Shown: positions 40,413-50,753 of the stretch, in pieces
Position numbering within the stretch: the stretch's first letter is position 1
Layout of the letters: each line of letters begins with the position of its first letter
NCBI GenBank assembly: GCA_045533675.1
Contig: JAZSIF010000054.1
Location: forward strand, 27,287 to 91,286
DNA from: Eubacteriales bacterium
Lineage (GTDB): Bacteria > Bacillota > Clostridia > Oscillospirales > CAG-272
Direction: 5' to 3'
DNA length: 64,000 bases
Notes under the pieces: model-generated
Told to the model about the DNA's origin: nothing
The model's database searches: none
Seen by the model: only the letters and a program-made list of their open reading frames with translations
Program-made: the position numbers and the translations under genes

Positions 40413-40991
40413 ATGAAATCAAGGGAATCACTTGTCAAAAACATAGTGATCATCAGTCTCTGTGTTTTGCTGGCGGCTTCTGCCGTCTTTGTCATATCCG
40501 GATGGATAGGCGGTCATTTTGAGGATTTTGACTCATTTCGCGCCTATGTGGCATCCTATGGAATGTGGGGGCCCGTTGTCCTTACCCTTATTCAAATGCT
40601 TCAGGTTATCTTGCCTGTGCTTCCCGGATTTTTGGGTTGTATCGTGGGAGCGGTACTGTTCGGGACCTTTGGCGGCTTTATGGTCAACTATATCGGTATC
40701 TGTGCCGGCTCGATCATTTCTTACTTCTTGGCAAGGAAGTTTGGCATTCAGCTGGTAAATAAAATGGTGTCCATGAAGAAATATGAGAAGTATATTGATA
40801 AGATCAATCGGAGTAAGAGCTATACCGTTCTTTTGTTTTTGGTGATCCTTCTGCCTCTGGCACCCGATGACTTTTTCTGTTATTTTTCGGGATTGATTGA
40901 CATGAAACCTAAAAAGTTTATTACGATCATTCTTGTCGGAAAACCATGGTGCATTCTGTTTTACAGCATCTTTTCCGCATATCTGATTTAA
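40413..40991 (+). CDS. TVP38/TMEM64 (VTT/DedA) family membrane protein
   Basis: QVILPVLPG, YFLARKFG, PLAPDDFFCYFSG. Confidence 0.88.
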   Translation: MKSRESLVKNIVIISLCVLLAASAVFVISGWIGGHFEDFDSFRAYVASYGMWGPVVLTLIQMLQVILPVLPGFLGCIVGAVLFGTFGGFMVNYIGICAGSIISYFLARKFGIQLVNKMVSMKKYEKYIDKINRSKSYTVLLFLVILLPLAPDDFFCYFSGLIDMKPKKFITIILVGKPWCILFYSIFSAYLI

Positions 40992-41006
40992 ACGTGGGAG
41001 GAAGAA

Positions 41007-41627
41007 ATGATAGGATATTATAATTATACGGTGATCCTTACCTACGTGGGAGCCATGTTTGGTTTTGCGGGGATCGTAAGCGCATGGGCGGGAAATCTCA
41101 GACTTGCGCTGATCTGCCTTTTGTTTGCGGGACTTTGCGACATGTTTGACGGAAAGATCGCCTCCACCAGAAAGCGTACGAAGGAGGAGAAGCACTTCGG
41201 AATCGAAATCGACTCTTTGAGTGACGTGATCTGCTTCGGTGTTCTGCCCTCCCTGATCATCTTCCATTGCAGCGGCAGAAATCTTTGGTTTGCCCCCATC
41301 TGCGCCCTGTATATGCTCTGCGCCCTCATTCGTCTGGCTTGGTTCAATGTGGACGAGGGAAAGCGTCAGGAAACCGAGGACGGTGCCCGTAAGACCTATC
41401 TCGGTCTGCCCGTGACCACCTCCACGCTGCTCATCCCCTTTGCGGTCTCTCTTTTGAATCTGTTACATATTGACATGAGATACGTGGCACCCTGGGTGCT
41501 TCTGTGCATGGGTATTGCGTTTTTGACCCCCTTCCGTCTGCCCAAGCCCCACATGGTGGGCAAGATCGTGATGACGTTGATCGGAGTTGGCTGCCTGGTG
41601 ATCGTTCTTTTGGGTGTACCCGCATGA
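41007..41627 (+). CDS. pssA: CDP-diacylglycerol--serine O-phosphatidyltransferase
   Basis: DMFDGKIA...G.EIDSLSD CDP-alcohol motif, RLAWFN, GLP; adjacent to psd. Confidence 0.82.
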   Translation: MIGYYNYTVILTYVGAMFGFAGIVSAWAGNLRLALICLLFAGLCDMFDGKIASTRKRTKEEKHFGIEIDSLSDVICFGVLPSLIIFHCSGRNLWFAPICALYMLCALIRLAWFNVDEGKRQETEDGARKTYLGLPVTTSTLLIPFAVSLLNLLHIDMRYVAPWVLLCMGIAFLTPFRLPKPHMVGKIVMTLIGVGCLVIVLLGVPA

Positions 41628-42445
41628 AAAACACATCGGGATCGGTGGACTTCCTTTACGGAACCGGCTTGGGGCGAGGAATCCTAAAGATTGTTATGTG
41701 CTTACATCTGGATCGTGTTGCCGTTTGGTTTTTGCGGTCGTTTCTTTCCAAACCCATGATTGGTCGCTACGCACGAAAAAACGGGATTGCTCTTAGCGAA
41801 GCGCAAAGAAAAGCCTTTGGCTCTTATCGGGATTTCTTTGTGAGGATGAGGGATGATTTGGAGATCGATATGACACCCGACCATTTGATCAGCCCCTGCG
41901 ACGGCTGGCTGAGCGCGTTTAAAATTGATAAAGAACAGGTCTTTTCCATCAAAAAATCCCACTATCGGGTCAGCGATTTTTTAAAAGACGAGGCGCTGGC
42001 GGAGCGGTACCGCGGCGGGACGCTGCTGGTTTTTCGGCTTTGCGCGTCGGACTATCACCATTATTGCTACATTGACGATGGGCACGTGGGGGAAAACCAC
42101 CCCATTCCCGGTGTGCTGCACAGTGTACAGCCCATCGCCTGCGAGACCTATCCCATCTACGTGCTGAACAAGCGCAGCTGGTGTCTGCTTGAGACCGAGC
42201 ATTTTGGCTCTGTGGTCCAGTGTGAGATCGGCGCTTTGGTGGTTGGCGGCATCGCTAACGAGAAAGAGAACGCCCGTTTTCGCAAGGGAGAGGAAAAAGG
42301 ACATTTTGAGCTGGCAGGCTCCACCATTGTATTGCTCCTTGAGCAAGGAAAAATCGCCCTTAATTCGGAGATCGAAAAAGCTCTCTCGGAAAGTGAGGAG
42401 ACTCGTGTGCTCCTCGGTCAATGGATCGGCGTGGCGAACAAATGA
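41624..42445 (+). CDS. psd: Phosphatidylserine decarboxylase
   Basis: FFVR, SPCDG, RLCASDYHHY, GHFELAGSTIV self-cleavage motif. Confidence 0.92.
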   Translation: MKNTSGSVDFLYGTGLGRGILKIVMCLHLDRVAVWFLRSFLSKPMIGRYARKNGIALSEAQRKAFGSYRDFFVRMRDDLEIDMTPDHLISPCDGWLSAFKIDKEQVFSIKKSHYRVSDFLKDEALAERYRGGTLLVFRLCASDYHHYCYIDDGHVGENHPIPGVLHSVQPIACETYPIYVLNKRSWCLLETEHFGSVVQCEIGALVVGGIANEKENARFRKGEEKGHFELAGSTIVLLLEQGKIALNSEIEKALSESEETRVLLGQWIGVANK

Positions 42446-42639
42446 ATACGAAAAAAGGACGTGCTTGACACGTCCTTTTGTAGTTGGTACTTCCATCCAT
42501 AACCGCTTATTCTCACGAAAAAGACGATATGAATTGAGTCGAAGTCACGGATCTGAACGCAAGAATCGGATGGAATTGATGCGTATTCGATTCCTCAGCT
42601 TATAAATTTTTGCTCCGCCCCTTATAGAACCGATTGATT

Positions 42640-44607
42640 TCATTCCAATATCAGGACGATCGGCTCCAACGTTTGAATAGGAGTATTTATGACCACGTTA
42701 TTATTTTCCGCTACGAAATGACAGCGTTTTAATATGCCGTTTTCGTCAAGGATCTCTACCGAAGAGATGTTTGCTTCCACGTGAAGAGGCAATTCATCCA
42801 GCGGATCAAAGCCGAGGTTAAACGCCGCCACAAGGATCCGCCCGTCGGGCAAAGTTCCCGCGCGAAGATAGAGCTCCGCATCTCCGGGATAATACAGAGG
42901 CAATTGATCCATGTCCTTCAGCATTCGTACCAGTTGCTTTTTTCGTGTTTCGTTTAAAAAGGAAAACCCTTCGGTATAATAAAATTCGCATACGGGAGTT
43001 CCCGAGAACACAACGGTCGTTCCGCCCATCGGATTTTTGTATACGGTACTGCCCGGGAACAGGTATTCCTTGGTTATATTTTCATCACTGCTGTGGTAGG
43101 CATATGATTCCACAATCACCTGATCGTTGATGGGTCTCAGCTCCATGGAATTTTTCTGTGCCTGGCAAATATTATGATCAAAGCACACGATCTCTCCCGT
43201 AATCGCTTTGCCTTTCCATTCGTGTACTTCAACACCCGTGAGTTCAATAAATCCGCGTTTGTTCAGATTTTTCGCGGTATCCGACGAAAGAACCACATTT
43301 CCCTTGAACAACTCTTTCATCTGCCCGTCACTGAATTTTCGATCCACGTTTCCTTCCAAGAAAGCCACGCCGTCATTCCTTGCGGAAAAGTACATCGGTA
43401 TGCCTACTCGCTCCAGAAAGCAGGAGGACCATCCGTCGTTTGACATATCCCATTGATCCGAATCAAGGGAATAATACGGCTTGTCAAACACAGGGATTCG
43501 GCAGCCAAACGGCTTCACGTCTGCCACCAACTTTTTTAGGGAAGCGTAGAATCCGCAATGCTTTTCCAGACATTTCCTATACGCTTTGCCTGCTTCCGGC
43601 TCATAATTCATCAGCCTTGTGATCCATTTTTTCGAGCCGATCGCTCCTTCAAGAATCGCGCCGACGAGAAAAGAATGCATATGCTGCGCGCCCATGGCAT
43701 ATCGGTTTTGCGGACAGGTATCGCTTTCCGCCAGAAGCACGTCGACATGATTCTTCAAAATGGCAATCTCTGCCGCGGTGTTGTAGAGCGGGTGGGTAAA
43801 TTTCTTTGTGCCCTTGGGGCAGTAAACGCCGTTGAAGGTTCTTACGATGGTCGGATTTCCTTCTCCCGCCAACGTTGCCGCAATTTCGGGGGCAAATTCA
43901 CAGGCCTTGCCCGTAGTACAGTACATTCCCTGAATGGATGGATCGACACTGTCAATTCCCAGCCGCATGGCTTTTGCCGCGCCTAAAAGGGCTTCTCTCT
44001 GCGTTTCAATATAAATTTTCGCATATTCGGAGTCTTCGCCATATTGGTAGAGATACTCGTTTAACTCCTCGCGTGAAAAATTGGTTCCCGCAAGCTCGTT
44101 GAATCTGTTCATATGTAGCTGGCATGCGCAGCCTTTTCCGTAGAAGAACAGCATTCTGAAATCGTCGTCGACCATGATCGCCTTGGGGTGGTGCTCCGCG
44201 AGAGTGCGCATCACACCGTTGAAATGCTCCCGAAATTTCTCATCATATGGACAGTACTTATTTTGTTCTTCTCCGTCCACTCTTCCCACGTACCGTTGGA
44301 AAGGAAAGTTTTCATTGATCGGGTAGCCGTGACCGAGCGAAGCCTGTACGAGTATGCCGCACTCCAAGCCCATTTCCGAAAGTCTGCCGCGGAACAGATC
44401 GTATTTCTTGCAAAGACCATCCACTTTATTCCTTGGAGGATTGTCCTCGGGGACAAGAGTCATACAAAACAGAGCGAGATCCGAAATCCCTTTCTCGTAC
44501 TGTTCTTTAATATCGTTACATATTTCTTCAACATATCTTTCATCCAGCGGCATAATGGAAAAATCATAGCCCTTGATTTTCGTGTCTATATTCTCTCTCA
44601 TTTCCAA
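42640..44607 (-). CDS. Hypothetical 655-aa protein, possibly glycoside hydrolase-like
   Basis: Long ORF with RBS AAAGGAG and TTG start; CPYD, MVDDDFR, CACQLH motifs; no confident family. Confidence 0.6.
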   Translation of the reverse strand: MEMRENIDTKIKGYDFSIMPLDERYVEEICNDIKEQYEKGISDLALFCMTLVPEDNPPRNKVDGLCKKYDLFRGRLSEMGLECGILVQASLGHGYPINENFPFQRYVGRVDGEEQNKYCPYDEKFREHFNGVMRTLAEHHPKAIMVDDDFRMLFFYGKGCACQLHMNRFNELAGTNFSREELNEYLYQYGEDSEYAKIYIETQREALLGAAKAMRLGIDSVDPSIQGMYCTTGKACEFAPEIAATLAGEGNPTIVRTFNGVYCPKGTKKFTHPLYNTAAEIAILKNHVDVLLAESDTCPQNRYAMGAQHMHSFLVGAILEGAIGSKKWITRLMNYEPEAGKAYRKCLEKHCGFYASLKKLVADVKPFGCRIPVFDKPYYSLDSDQWDMSNDGWSSCFLERVGIPMYFSARNDGVAFLEGNVDRKFSDGQMKELFKGNVVLSSDTAKNLNKRGFIELTGVEVHEWKGKAITGEIVCFDHNICQAQKNSMELRPINDQVIVESYAYHSSDENITKEYLFPGSTVYKNPMGGTTVVFSGTPVCEFYYTEGFSFLNETRKKQLVRMLKDMDQLPLYYPGDAELYLRAGTLPDGRILVAAFNLGFDPLDELPLHVEANISSVEILDENGILKRCHFVAENNNVVINTPIQTLEPIVLILE

Positions 44608-44625
44608 ATACTCCTTTGCTCAGCG

Positions 44626-45711
44626 TTATTTCACGGAGAATATTTTCAGGATCTTACAGTCGGACGAGGTGTAGCCCTCCGAGTCTCCGTACGTTACGCT
44701 CAGCCTAAAGCTGTGCGTTCCGTATTCCAGATCGTCGGCAAACTTCACGGCGTTGGTAAAGTTCTCCTCCGGTACCCACCAGCTTCTCTCAAAGCTGTAT
44801 TCCTGCCATTCTCCGTCGTCGATGGCGTAGAGGATCTTTCCCGTGGACTTACCGTAGTTGAACACAAGGCAGAGACCTCTTCCCTCAAACTCAAAGGACA
44901 GGGAATCGTGGAGACCGCAGGTGTAAAGCGCTTCGCGGAACCAAGGAATGAATACCTCTCGCTCCACGGACCACGAGCCCTCGGTCTTGACCCGATCAAA
45001 GGTGATCTCCTCGGTATTCTGCCAGTTCATTTTATGAAGCGCCTCGGGCAGGTTCTGTCCCTTCGGCATTGGGACGCAGTCGGTTCTTACCAGCTCGTCC
45101 TCAAGATATTCGATCACCTTCTCAGCATAGAAATAGCTTCCAAGATTCTGCGGATGAGTCCCGTCGGGGAGCCACATTTTCCACGGGATCATTCCTCTTT
45201 TCACTCGGTCATATGCGGCATTTGCCATGTATATCGAGCTGATGCCGTAGTGCTCGGCAAGCTTCTCAAAATCGGCGATCGAGTCAGGGAGCTCGCCCTG
45301 ATCCGCTTGCTTGAACATATTCTGATAGAAGGTATAGACAATTACAACATCAATGTTTGCGGCAAGCAGCTTTCTTATAAGTCCTTCTCTTGTTCTCATT
45401 CGTTCGTCACGGTCCACGCCGTGATCGTTTACCGCGTATTCAACAAACACAAGGTCACAGGATGTTTCAATAAATTCTTTTTCTGCCAGCGAAAGAGCAC
45501 AGAGACTTCCTGTTGCACCGATTGCGGCGTTGGCAACGGTAAGTCGAATGCCCTTAAACCGATCAACAAACCAGCCTCTGATGTAGGTCGGCCAGTTGCT
45601 TTGCGTTCTTGCCGTGGTGATTGAGCCTCCCGCAAAACCTATTTTCACCTTTCCGTTCCTGATTCCCTCTTTTAGTCTCGTAAGATTTCCTCTCAGGTTG
45701 ATATCGTTCAT
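44626..45711 (-). CDS. SGNH/GDSL hydrolase with C-terminal beta domain
   Basis: GGSIT, GATGS, EYAVND, DGTHP blocks; RBS AGGAGG. Confidence 0.88.
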   Translation of the reverse strand: MNDINLRGNLTRLKEGIRNGKVKIGFAGGSITTARTQSNWPTYIRGWFVDRFKGIRLTVANAAIGATGSLCALSLAEKEFIETSCDLVFVEYAVNDHGVDRDERMRTREGLIRKLLAANIDVVIVYTFYQNMFKQADQGELPDSIADFEKLAEHYGISSIYMANAAYDRVKRGMIPWKMWLPDGTHPQNLGSYFYAEKVIEYLEDELVRTDCVPMPKGQNLPEALHKMNWQNTEEITFDRVKTEGSWSVEREVFIPWFREALYTCGLHDSLSFEFEGRGLCLVFNYGKSTGKILYAIDDGEWQEYSFERSWWVPEENFTNAVKFADDLEYGTHSFRLSVTYGDSEGYTSSDCKILKIFSVK

Positions 45712-45919
45712 TGCGATGCCTCCTATGAAATAAAATATAGATCAAATGCTTCTTTTAAGATTCCTTTCGTATATTATAGCATGTCGCCATAAAAAATACA
45801 ATGAATAAAAAAAAGAAGAGCAGAATTGAAAAAACAAGACGATTTTATTTAAAGTAAATAAGAAATCAGGTAACTATAAACTTGAAAAAGTCCCCGAAGC
45901 TCGTTTGGGGCAGGGAAGC

Positions 45920-45953
45920 AAAAAATACCACCCCGAGAGGGGGTGGTATTTTT
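45920..45953 (-). terminator. Intrinsic terminator, probably the displaced original tmRNA terminator
   Basis: AAAAATACCACCCC-gagag-GGGGTGGTATTTTT immediately after the CCACCA duplicate on the minus strand. Confidence 0.75.
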
Positions 45954-46064
45954 TGGTGGAGCAGGTGTCGTCATAGACGAACCCCCCTCCTTTCCTTCAT
46001 TTTCGCCTTCAAAGGCTTCTTCAATCTCGTCAAGCGGGATATTGTCGATATTCGTAACAGACCT
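45954..46064 (-). pseudogene. Putative C-terminal remnant of a large serine recombinase
   Basis: Open frame RSVTNIDNIPLDEIEEAFEGENEGKEGGSSMTTPAPP ending in the att core; the rest of the gene is absent. Confidence 0.55.
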
Positions 46065-46231
46065 TTAACTATCCTTCAATGGATTGCTCGGTTTGACTAT
46101 CGGTGAAATATCCGATGCCGTCTTGTTCTGCACTCATCAAGGTAAATGAAAAGAAACGCCTTGAAGTATTTACACTTTTGTGGTATAATGAGGTGAATAT
46201 GCAAGCAATGCAAGGAGAGGAGGACTTGTAT

Positions 46232-47155
46232 ATGAATATTCTACATATGAAATATGCAGTTGAAGTTGCAAGGCTTGGATCGCTGAACAAGGCGGCGGAA
46301 ACGCTTATGATTGCACAACCGAATATCAGCCGATCTATCAAAGAGCTCGAAGCTGATCTTGGAATCACCATATTCCAACGAAGCGCGAAAGGAATGGTTT
46401 TAACTCCCGATGGCGAGACATTTATGGATTATGCGCGTGATATTCTTCGCCGTATCGATAAAATCGAGCAATCCTACCGCGACGGATCGCATAAAAAGCG
46501 TAACTTTTCAATCTCCGTTCCACGCGCGTGCTATATTTCTGCCGCAATGGCGGAATTTTCAAAAAACATCGGAGATGCGCCCGTGGAAATATACTACAAG
46601 GAAACCAACTCCAAAAAGACCATAAAAAAGCTTCTCGAAAACGAATACAAGCTCGGTATCATTCGTTACTCGGATAACTATGATAAATATTACAAGGATA
46701 TGCTTGAGGAAAAAGGACTTTCTTATGAACTTGTGGCAGAGTTCTCCTACGTTCTTCTTATGAGTAAGGAAAACCCTCTCGCTACCAAGGAAACGATTAC
46801 TTATGAAGATCTTTCCGATTATATCGAGATTGCGCACGCAGATCCTTACGTTCCCACACTTTCTATGTCCAAGGTGTTCCGTGAGGAGCTTCCCGACAAG
46901 GTGAATCAAAGAATATTTGTCTTTGAACGAGCAAGTCAGTTCGATCTGCTCTCCGAGAATCCCAAAACCTTTATGTGGGTATCGCCTGCCTCACAGCAGA
47001 TACTCGATAGATATAGCCTTGTTCAGCGTGTGTGCGAGGGCAATAAAAAGGTATATAGAGATATTCTGATTTATCATAAAGGATATAAGCTTACAAAGCT
47101 TGATAAGGATTTCATTACCGCGCTTTGTAATGCAAGAAGGAAGTTTGTTAAGTAA
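46232..47155 (+). CDS. LysR-family transcriptional regulator
   Basis: GSLNKAAETLMIAQPNISRSIKELEADLG..IFQRS..GMVLT. Confidence 0.93.
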   Translation: MNILHMKYAVEVARLGSLNKAAETLMIAQPNISRSIKELEADLGITIFQRSAKGMVLTPDGETFMDYARDILRRIDKIEQSYRDGSHKKRNFSISVPRACYISAAMAEFSKNIGDAPVEIYYKETNSKKTIKKLLENEYKLGIIRYSDNYDKYYKDMLEEKGLSYELVAEFSYVLLMSKENPLATKETITYEDLSDYIEIAHADPYVPTLSMSKVFREELPDKVNQRIFVFERASQFDLLSENPKTFMWVSPASQQILDRYSLVQRVCEGNKKVYRDILIYHKGYKLTKLDKDFITALCNARRKFVK

Positions 47156-47363
47156 ATAGAATGATTACGAGAGGGGTAACCGTTATAATGACACGCACAC
47201 CTTCTCCATCACCCCAAACAATACAATTCCATAGAATGCGTAAGCAGTTTTGTCAGCTTGATGAAACTGCTTATTTTTATTGATAACGCATTTATCGATT
47301 ATGGTTATATCGATACGCATAATACCGATATAACTTTTTAATAATTCCCAAGAAGCAAAATGT

Positions 47364-47381
47364 GTGTTAGAATATTAACGA
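47364..47381 (+). promoter_or_regulatory. Putative Rex operator
   Basis: GTGTTAG-AATA-TTAACGA, 11/14 to the clostridial consensus TTGTTAA-N4-TTAACAA, just upstream of the rex RBS. Confidence 0.65.
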
Positions 47382-47401
47382 TGAAAACAAGGAGGTGGAA
47401 A

Positions 47402-48019
47402 ATGAACGGATATTCTATCCCCAAGGCAACACTTGGGAGGCTTCCGCTGTACTTACAGTATCTGAAAAGCTTAGCTGCCGTAAAGGGTGCGACGATTTCA
47501 GCAACGGCAATCGCCAAAGGTCTTTCTCTTGGCGAAGTTCAGGTGCGCAAGGATCTTGCGGCTGTCAGCGGTGCAGGCAAGCCCAAGATTGGTTATGAAA
47601 CCGATAAATTGATTACCGACCTTGAGAGCCATCTCGGGTATGAGAGGCTGACGAATGCGGTTCTCGTAGGAGCAGGAAAGCTCGGCAGAGCGCTTCTTGA
47701 TTACGACGGCTTCGAGGATTTTGGAGTGAAGATCGTTGCAGGCTTTGACTGTAACGAAACGGCACTAAAGAAAGATACAAAGGATATACTGCCCATCAGA
47801 GATATCGGAGCTTACTGTCGGGAACACGACGTAAAGCTCGGAATTATCACAGTAGGACAAGGCTCGGCGCAGGACGTTTGCGATAAGCTCGTGGAAAGCG
47901 GCATTGAAGCGATATGGAATTTCGCTCCCGTTACCCTAAAAGTGCCAAACGGAGTACTTCTCAAGCAAGAGAATTTAGCGTTATCCCTCGCATATCTCAA
48001 CAACCAAATCGGTAAATAA
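47402..48019 (+). CDS. rex: Redox-sensing transcriptional repressor Rex
   Basis: IPKATLGRLPLY, QVRKDL, GKPKIGY, GAGKLGRAL, IWNFAP. Confidence 0.95.
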   Translation: MNGYSIPKATLGRLPLYLQYLKSLAAVKGATISATAIAKGLSLGEVQVRKDLAAVSGAGKPKIGYETDKLITDLESHLGYERLTNAVLVGAGKLGRALLDYDGFEDFGVKIVAGFDCNETALKKDTKDILPIRDIGAYCREHDVKLGIITVGQGSAQDVCDKLVESGIEAIWNFAPVTLKVPNGVLLKQENLALSLAYLNNQIGK

Positions 48020-48038
48020 TTTTTAGGAGGACATAAAA

Positions 48039-50735
48039 ATGGAACTCAAAACCTATCAGATCGTAGACAGTGTAGAAGCATTGCACGAAGCGCTCGCTCG
48101 TGTAAGAGCGGCACAGAGGGTTTTTGCAGCCTACACGCAGGAGCAGGTCGACAAGATCTTTTTGGCAGCGGCATCTGCTGCGGATAAGGCAAGAATCAGC
48201 CTTGCAAAGCTTGCTGTTGAGGAAACCGGTATGGGTATTGTAGAGGATAAGGTGATCAAGAATCACTACGCAGCAGAATACATCTATAATGCTTACAAGG
48301 AAACCAAGACCTGCGGTGTTATAGAAGAAGATAAGGCATACGGCATCAAGAAGATTGCCGAGCCGATCGGTGTTGTTGCCGCAGTTATTCCTACTACCAA
48401 CCCCACCTCTACCGCTATTTTCAAGTGCTTGCTCGCGCTCAAGACTCGTAACGCCATTATTATCAGCCCTCACCCCAGAGCAAAGAATTCCACCATTGCG
48501 GCTGCAAAGCTTGTTCTTGAAGCAGCGGTAGCAGCAGGCGCCCCCGAAGGAATCATCGATTGGATCGACGTTCCTTCGCTCGACATGACCAACACGGTTA
48601 TGAAGGAAGCAGACATCATCCTTGCGACCGGTGGTCCCGGAATGGTCAAGGCTGCATACTCCAGCGGTAAGCCCGCTCTCGGCGTTGGCGCAGGTAACAC
48701 TCCCGCAATCATCGATGAAACCGCAGACATTCTCCTTGCGGTTAACTCGATCATTCACTCTAAGACCTTCGATAACGGTATGATCTGTGCTTCCGAGCAG
48801 TCTGTTATCGTTCTTGAAAGCATCTACGATATTGTTAAGGCAGAGTTCGCCGCAAGAGGATGCTATTTCCTTGATCCTATTGAGACCGAAAAGGTTCGTA
48901 AGACTATTATCATAAATGGTGGGCTTAACGCGAAGATCGTTGGTCAGAAGGCGGCTAAGATCGCTGAGCTTGCAGGCGTAACCGTTCCCGCAGGCACTAA
49001 GATCCTCATCGGTGAGGTTGAGAGCGTTGAGCTTTCCGAGGAATTTGCTCACGAGAAGCTCTCTCCCGTACTTGCTATGTATAAGGCTACGACCTTTGCA
49101 GAAGCTCTTGACAAGGCAGATAAGCTTGTTGAGGACGGCGGCTTTGGTCACACTTCCTCTCTCTACATCAACGAGATCACGGAAAAGGAAAAGCTTGCCG
49201 CTTATGAGGCAAGAATGAGAACCTGCCGTATTCTCGTTAACACTCCCTCCGCTCACGGCGGTATCGGTGACCTTTACAACTTCAAGCTCGCTCCCTCGCT
49301 TACGCTTGGATGCGGCTCTTGGGGCGGTAACAGCGTATCCGAGAACGTAGGTGTCAAGCACCTGCTCAACATTAAAACAGTAGCCGAGAGGAGAGAAAAT
49401 ATGCTTTGGTTCAGAACACCTGAGAAGGTTTACATCAAGAAGGGTTGCCTCCCCGTAGCTCTCGATGAGCTCAGAACCGTCAGAGGCGCAAAGAAGGCGT
49501 TCATCGTAACCGACACCTTCCTTTATCAGAACGGCTACACAAAGCCGATCACCGACAAGCTCGACGAGATGGGCGTTCAGCACACCACCTTCTTCAATGT
49601 ACAGCCCGATCCTACGCTTGCAAACGCAACCGAGGGGGCAACTCAGATGAGAGCATTCCAGCCCGATACCATTATCGCACTCGGCGGCGGTTCCGCTATG
49701 GATGCTGCAAAGATCATGTGGGTACTCTACGAGCACCCGGAGGCAGACTTTATGGATATGGCGATGAGATTTATCGATATCCGTAAGAGAATCTACACCT
49801 TCCCGAAGATGGGTGAGAAGGCATACTTCATCGCAATCCCCACCTCCGCAGGTACGGGCTCTGAGGTAACTCCTTTCGCAGTCATTACCGACGAAAAGAC
49901 CGGCGTTAAGTATCCCCTTGCTGACTACGAGCTTCTTCCCAATATGGCAATCATCGACACCGATTTCCATATGTCCGCTCCCCGTGGACTTACCGCGGCT
50001 TCGGGTATCGACGCAGTAACTCACGCAGTTGAGGCGTATGCGGCTATGCTCGCAACCGATTATACTGACGGTCTTGCTCTTCAGGCACTTAAGAATATCT
50101 TCAAGTATCTTCCCAGAGCTTACGACAACGGTCAGACCGACGTTGAAGCTCGTGAGAAGATGGCAAACGCCGCTACGATGGCAGGTATGGCTTTTGCAAA
50201 CGCATTCCTCGGCGTATGTCACTCCATGGCTCACAAGCTCGGCGCATTCCACCATCTCCCCCACGGCGTTGCAAACGCTCTGATGATCGAAGAGGTTCTC
50301 AGATTCAATGCTGCAGAGGCTCCCGCAAAGATGGGTACCTTCTCGCAGTACGATCATCCTCATACTCTTGCAAGATACGCTGAGATCGCTGATTACCTTG
50401 GCATCAAGGGTGCAAACGACGAAGAGAAGCTCGAAGGTCTTATCAAGGCGATCAACGACCTCAAGGCTCGCGTTGGAATCAAGGAGACCATCAAGGACTA
50501 CGGCATTGATGAGAACGATTTCCTTGCTCGCCTCGACGACATGGTAGAGCAGGCGTTCGACGACCAATGCACCGGCGCGAACCCCCGTTATCCTCTTATG
50601 AGTGAGATCAAGCAGATGTACCTTAACGCCTACTACGGCAAGCACTTTGTTGAGGAGGCTATGCCCGCTACCGATCTGGATGAGGCAAAGCATGATCCCA
50701 TCAAGGCTCCCTACCGCAAGGGCAAAAAGGCATAA
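48039..50735 (+). CDS. adhE: Bifunctional acetaldehyde-CoA/alcohol dehydrogenase
   Basis: PTTNPTST, ICASEQ, HEKLSP, LGCGSWGGN, GGGSAMD, HSMAHKLG. Confidence 0.98.
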   Translation: MELKTYQIVDSVEALHEALARVRAAQRVFAAYTQEQVDKIFLAAASAADKARISLAKLAVEETGMGIVEDKVIKNHYAAEYIYNAYKETKTCGVIEEDKAYGIKKIAEPIGVVAAVIPTTNPTSTAIFKCLLALKTRNAIIISPHPRAKNSTIAAAKLVLEAAVAAGAPEGIIDWIDVPSLDMTNTVMKEADIILATGGPGMVKAAYSSGKPALGVGAGNTPAIIDETADILLAVNSIIHSKTFDNGMICASEQSVIVLESIYDIVKAEFAARGCYFLDPIETEKVRKTIIINGGLNAKIVGQKAAKIAELAGVTVPAGTKILIGEVESVELSEEFAHEKLSPVLAMYKATTFAEALDKADKLVEDGGFGHTSSLYINEITEKEKLAAYEARMRTCRILVNTPSAHGGIGDLYNFKLAPSLTLGCGSWGGNSVSENVGVKHLLNIKTVAERRENMLWFRTPEKVYIKKGCLPVALDELRTVRGAKKAFIVTDTFLYQNGYTKPITDKLDEMGVQHTTFFNVQPDPTLANATEGATQMRAFQPDTIIALGGGSAMDAAKIMWVLYEHPEADFMDMAMRFIDIRKRIYTFPKMGEKAYFIAIPTSAGTGSEVTPFAVITDEKTGVKYPLADYELLPNMAIIDTDFHMSAPRGLTAASGIDAVTHAVEAYAAMLATDYTDGLALQALKNIFKYLPRAYDNGQTDVEAREKMANAATMAGMAFANAFLGVCHSMAHKLGAFHHLPHGVANALMIEEVLRFNAAEAPAKMGTFSQYDHPHTLARYAEIADYLGIKGANDEEKLEGLIKAINDLKARVGIKETIKDYGIDENDFLARLDDMVEQAFDDQCTGANPRYPLMSEIKQMYLNAYYGKHFVEEAMPATDLDEAKHDPIKAPYRKGKKA

Positions 50736-50753
50736 TTAAAGGAGGAAATCAAA

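Noticed and set aside
44188-45624. 478-aa plus-strand ORF
   Set aside because: Antisense to two real minus-strand genes.
45952-45965. GCTCCACCA match considered as an att of tRNA-Ala at 17487
   Set aside because: The intervening 28 kb holds core genes (ileS, mreBCD, glnA). The inverted arm and in-frame tail pair this site with the tmRNA end instead.
47997-50693. 898-aa minus-strand ORF opposite adhE
   Set aside because: Antisense shadow in register with a strongly biased gene; no RBS or domain signal.
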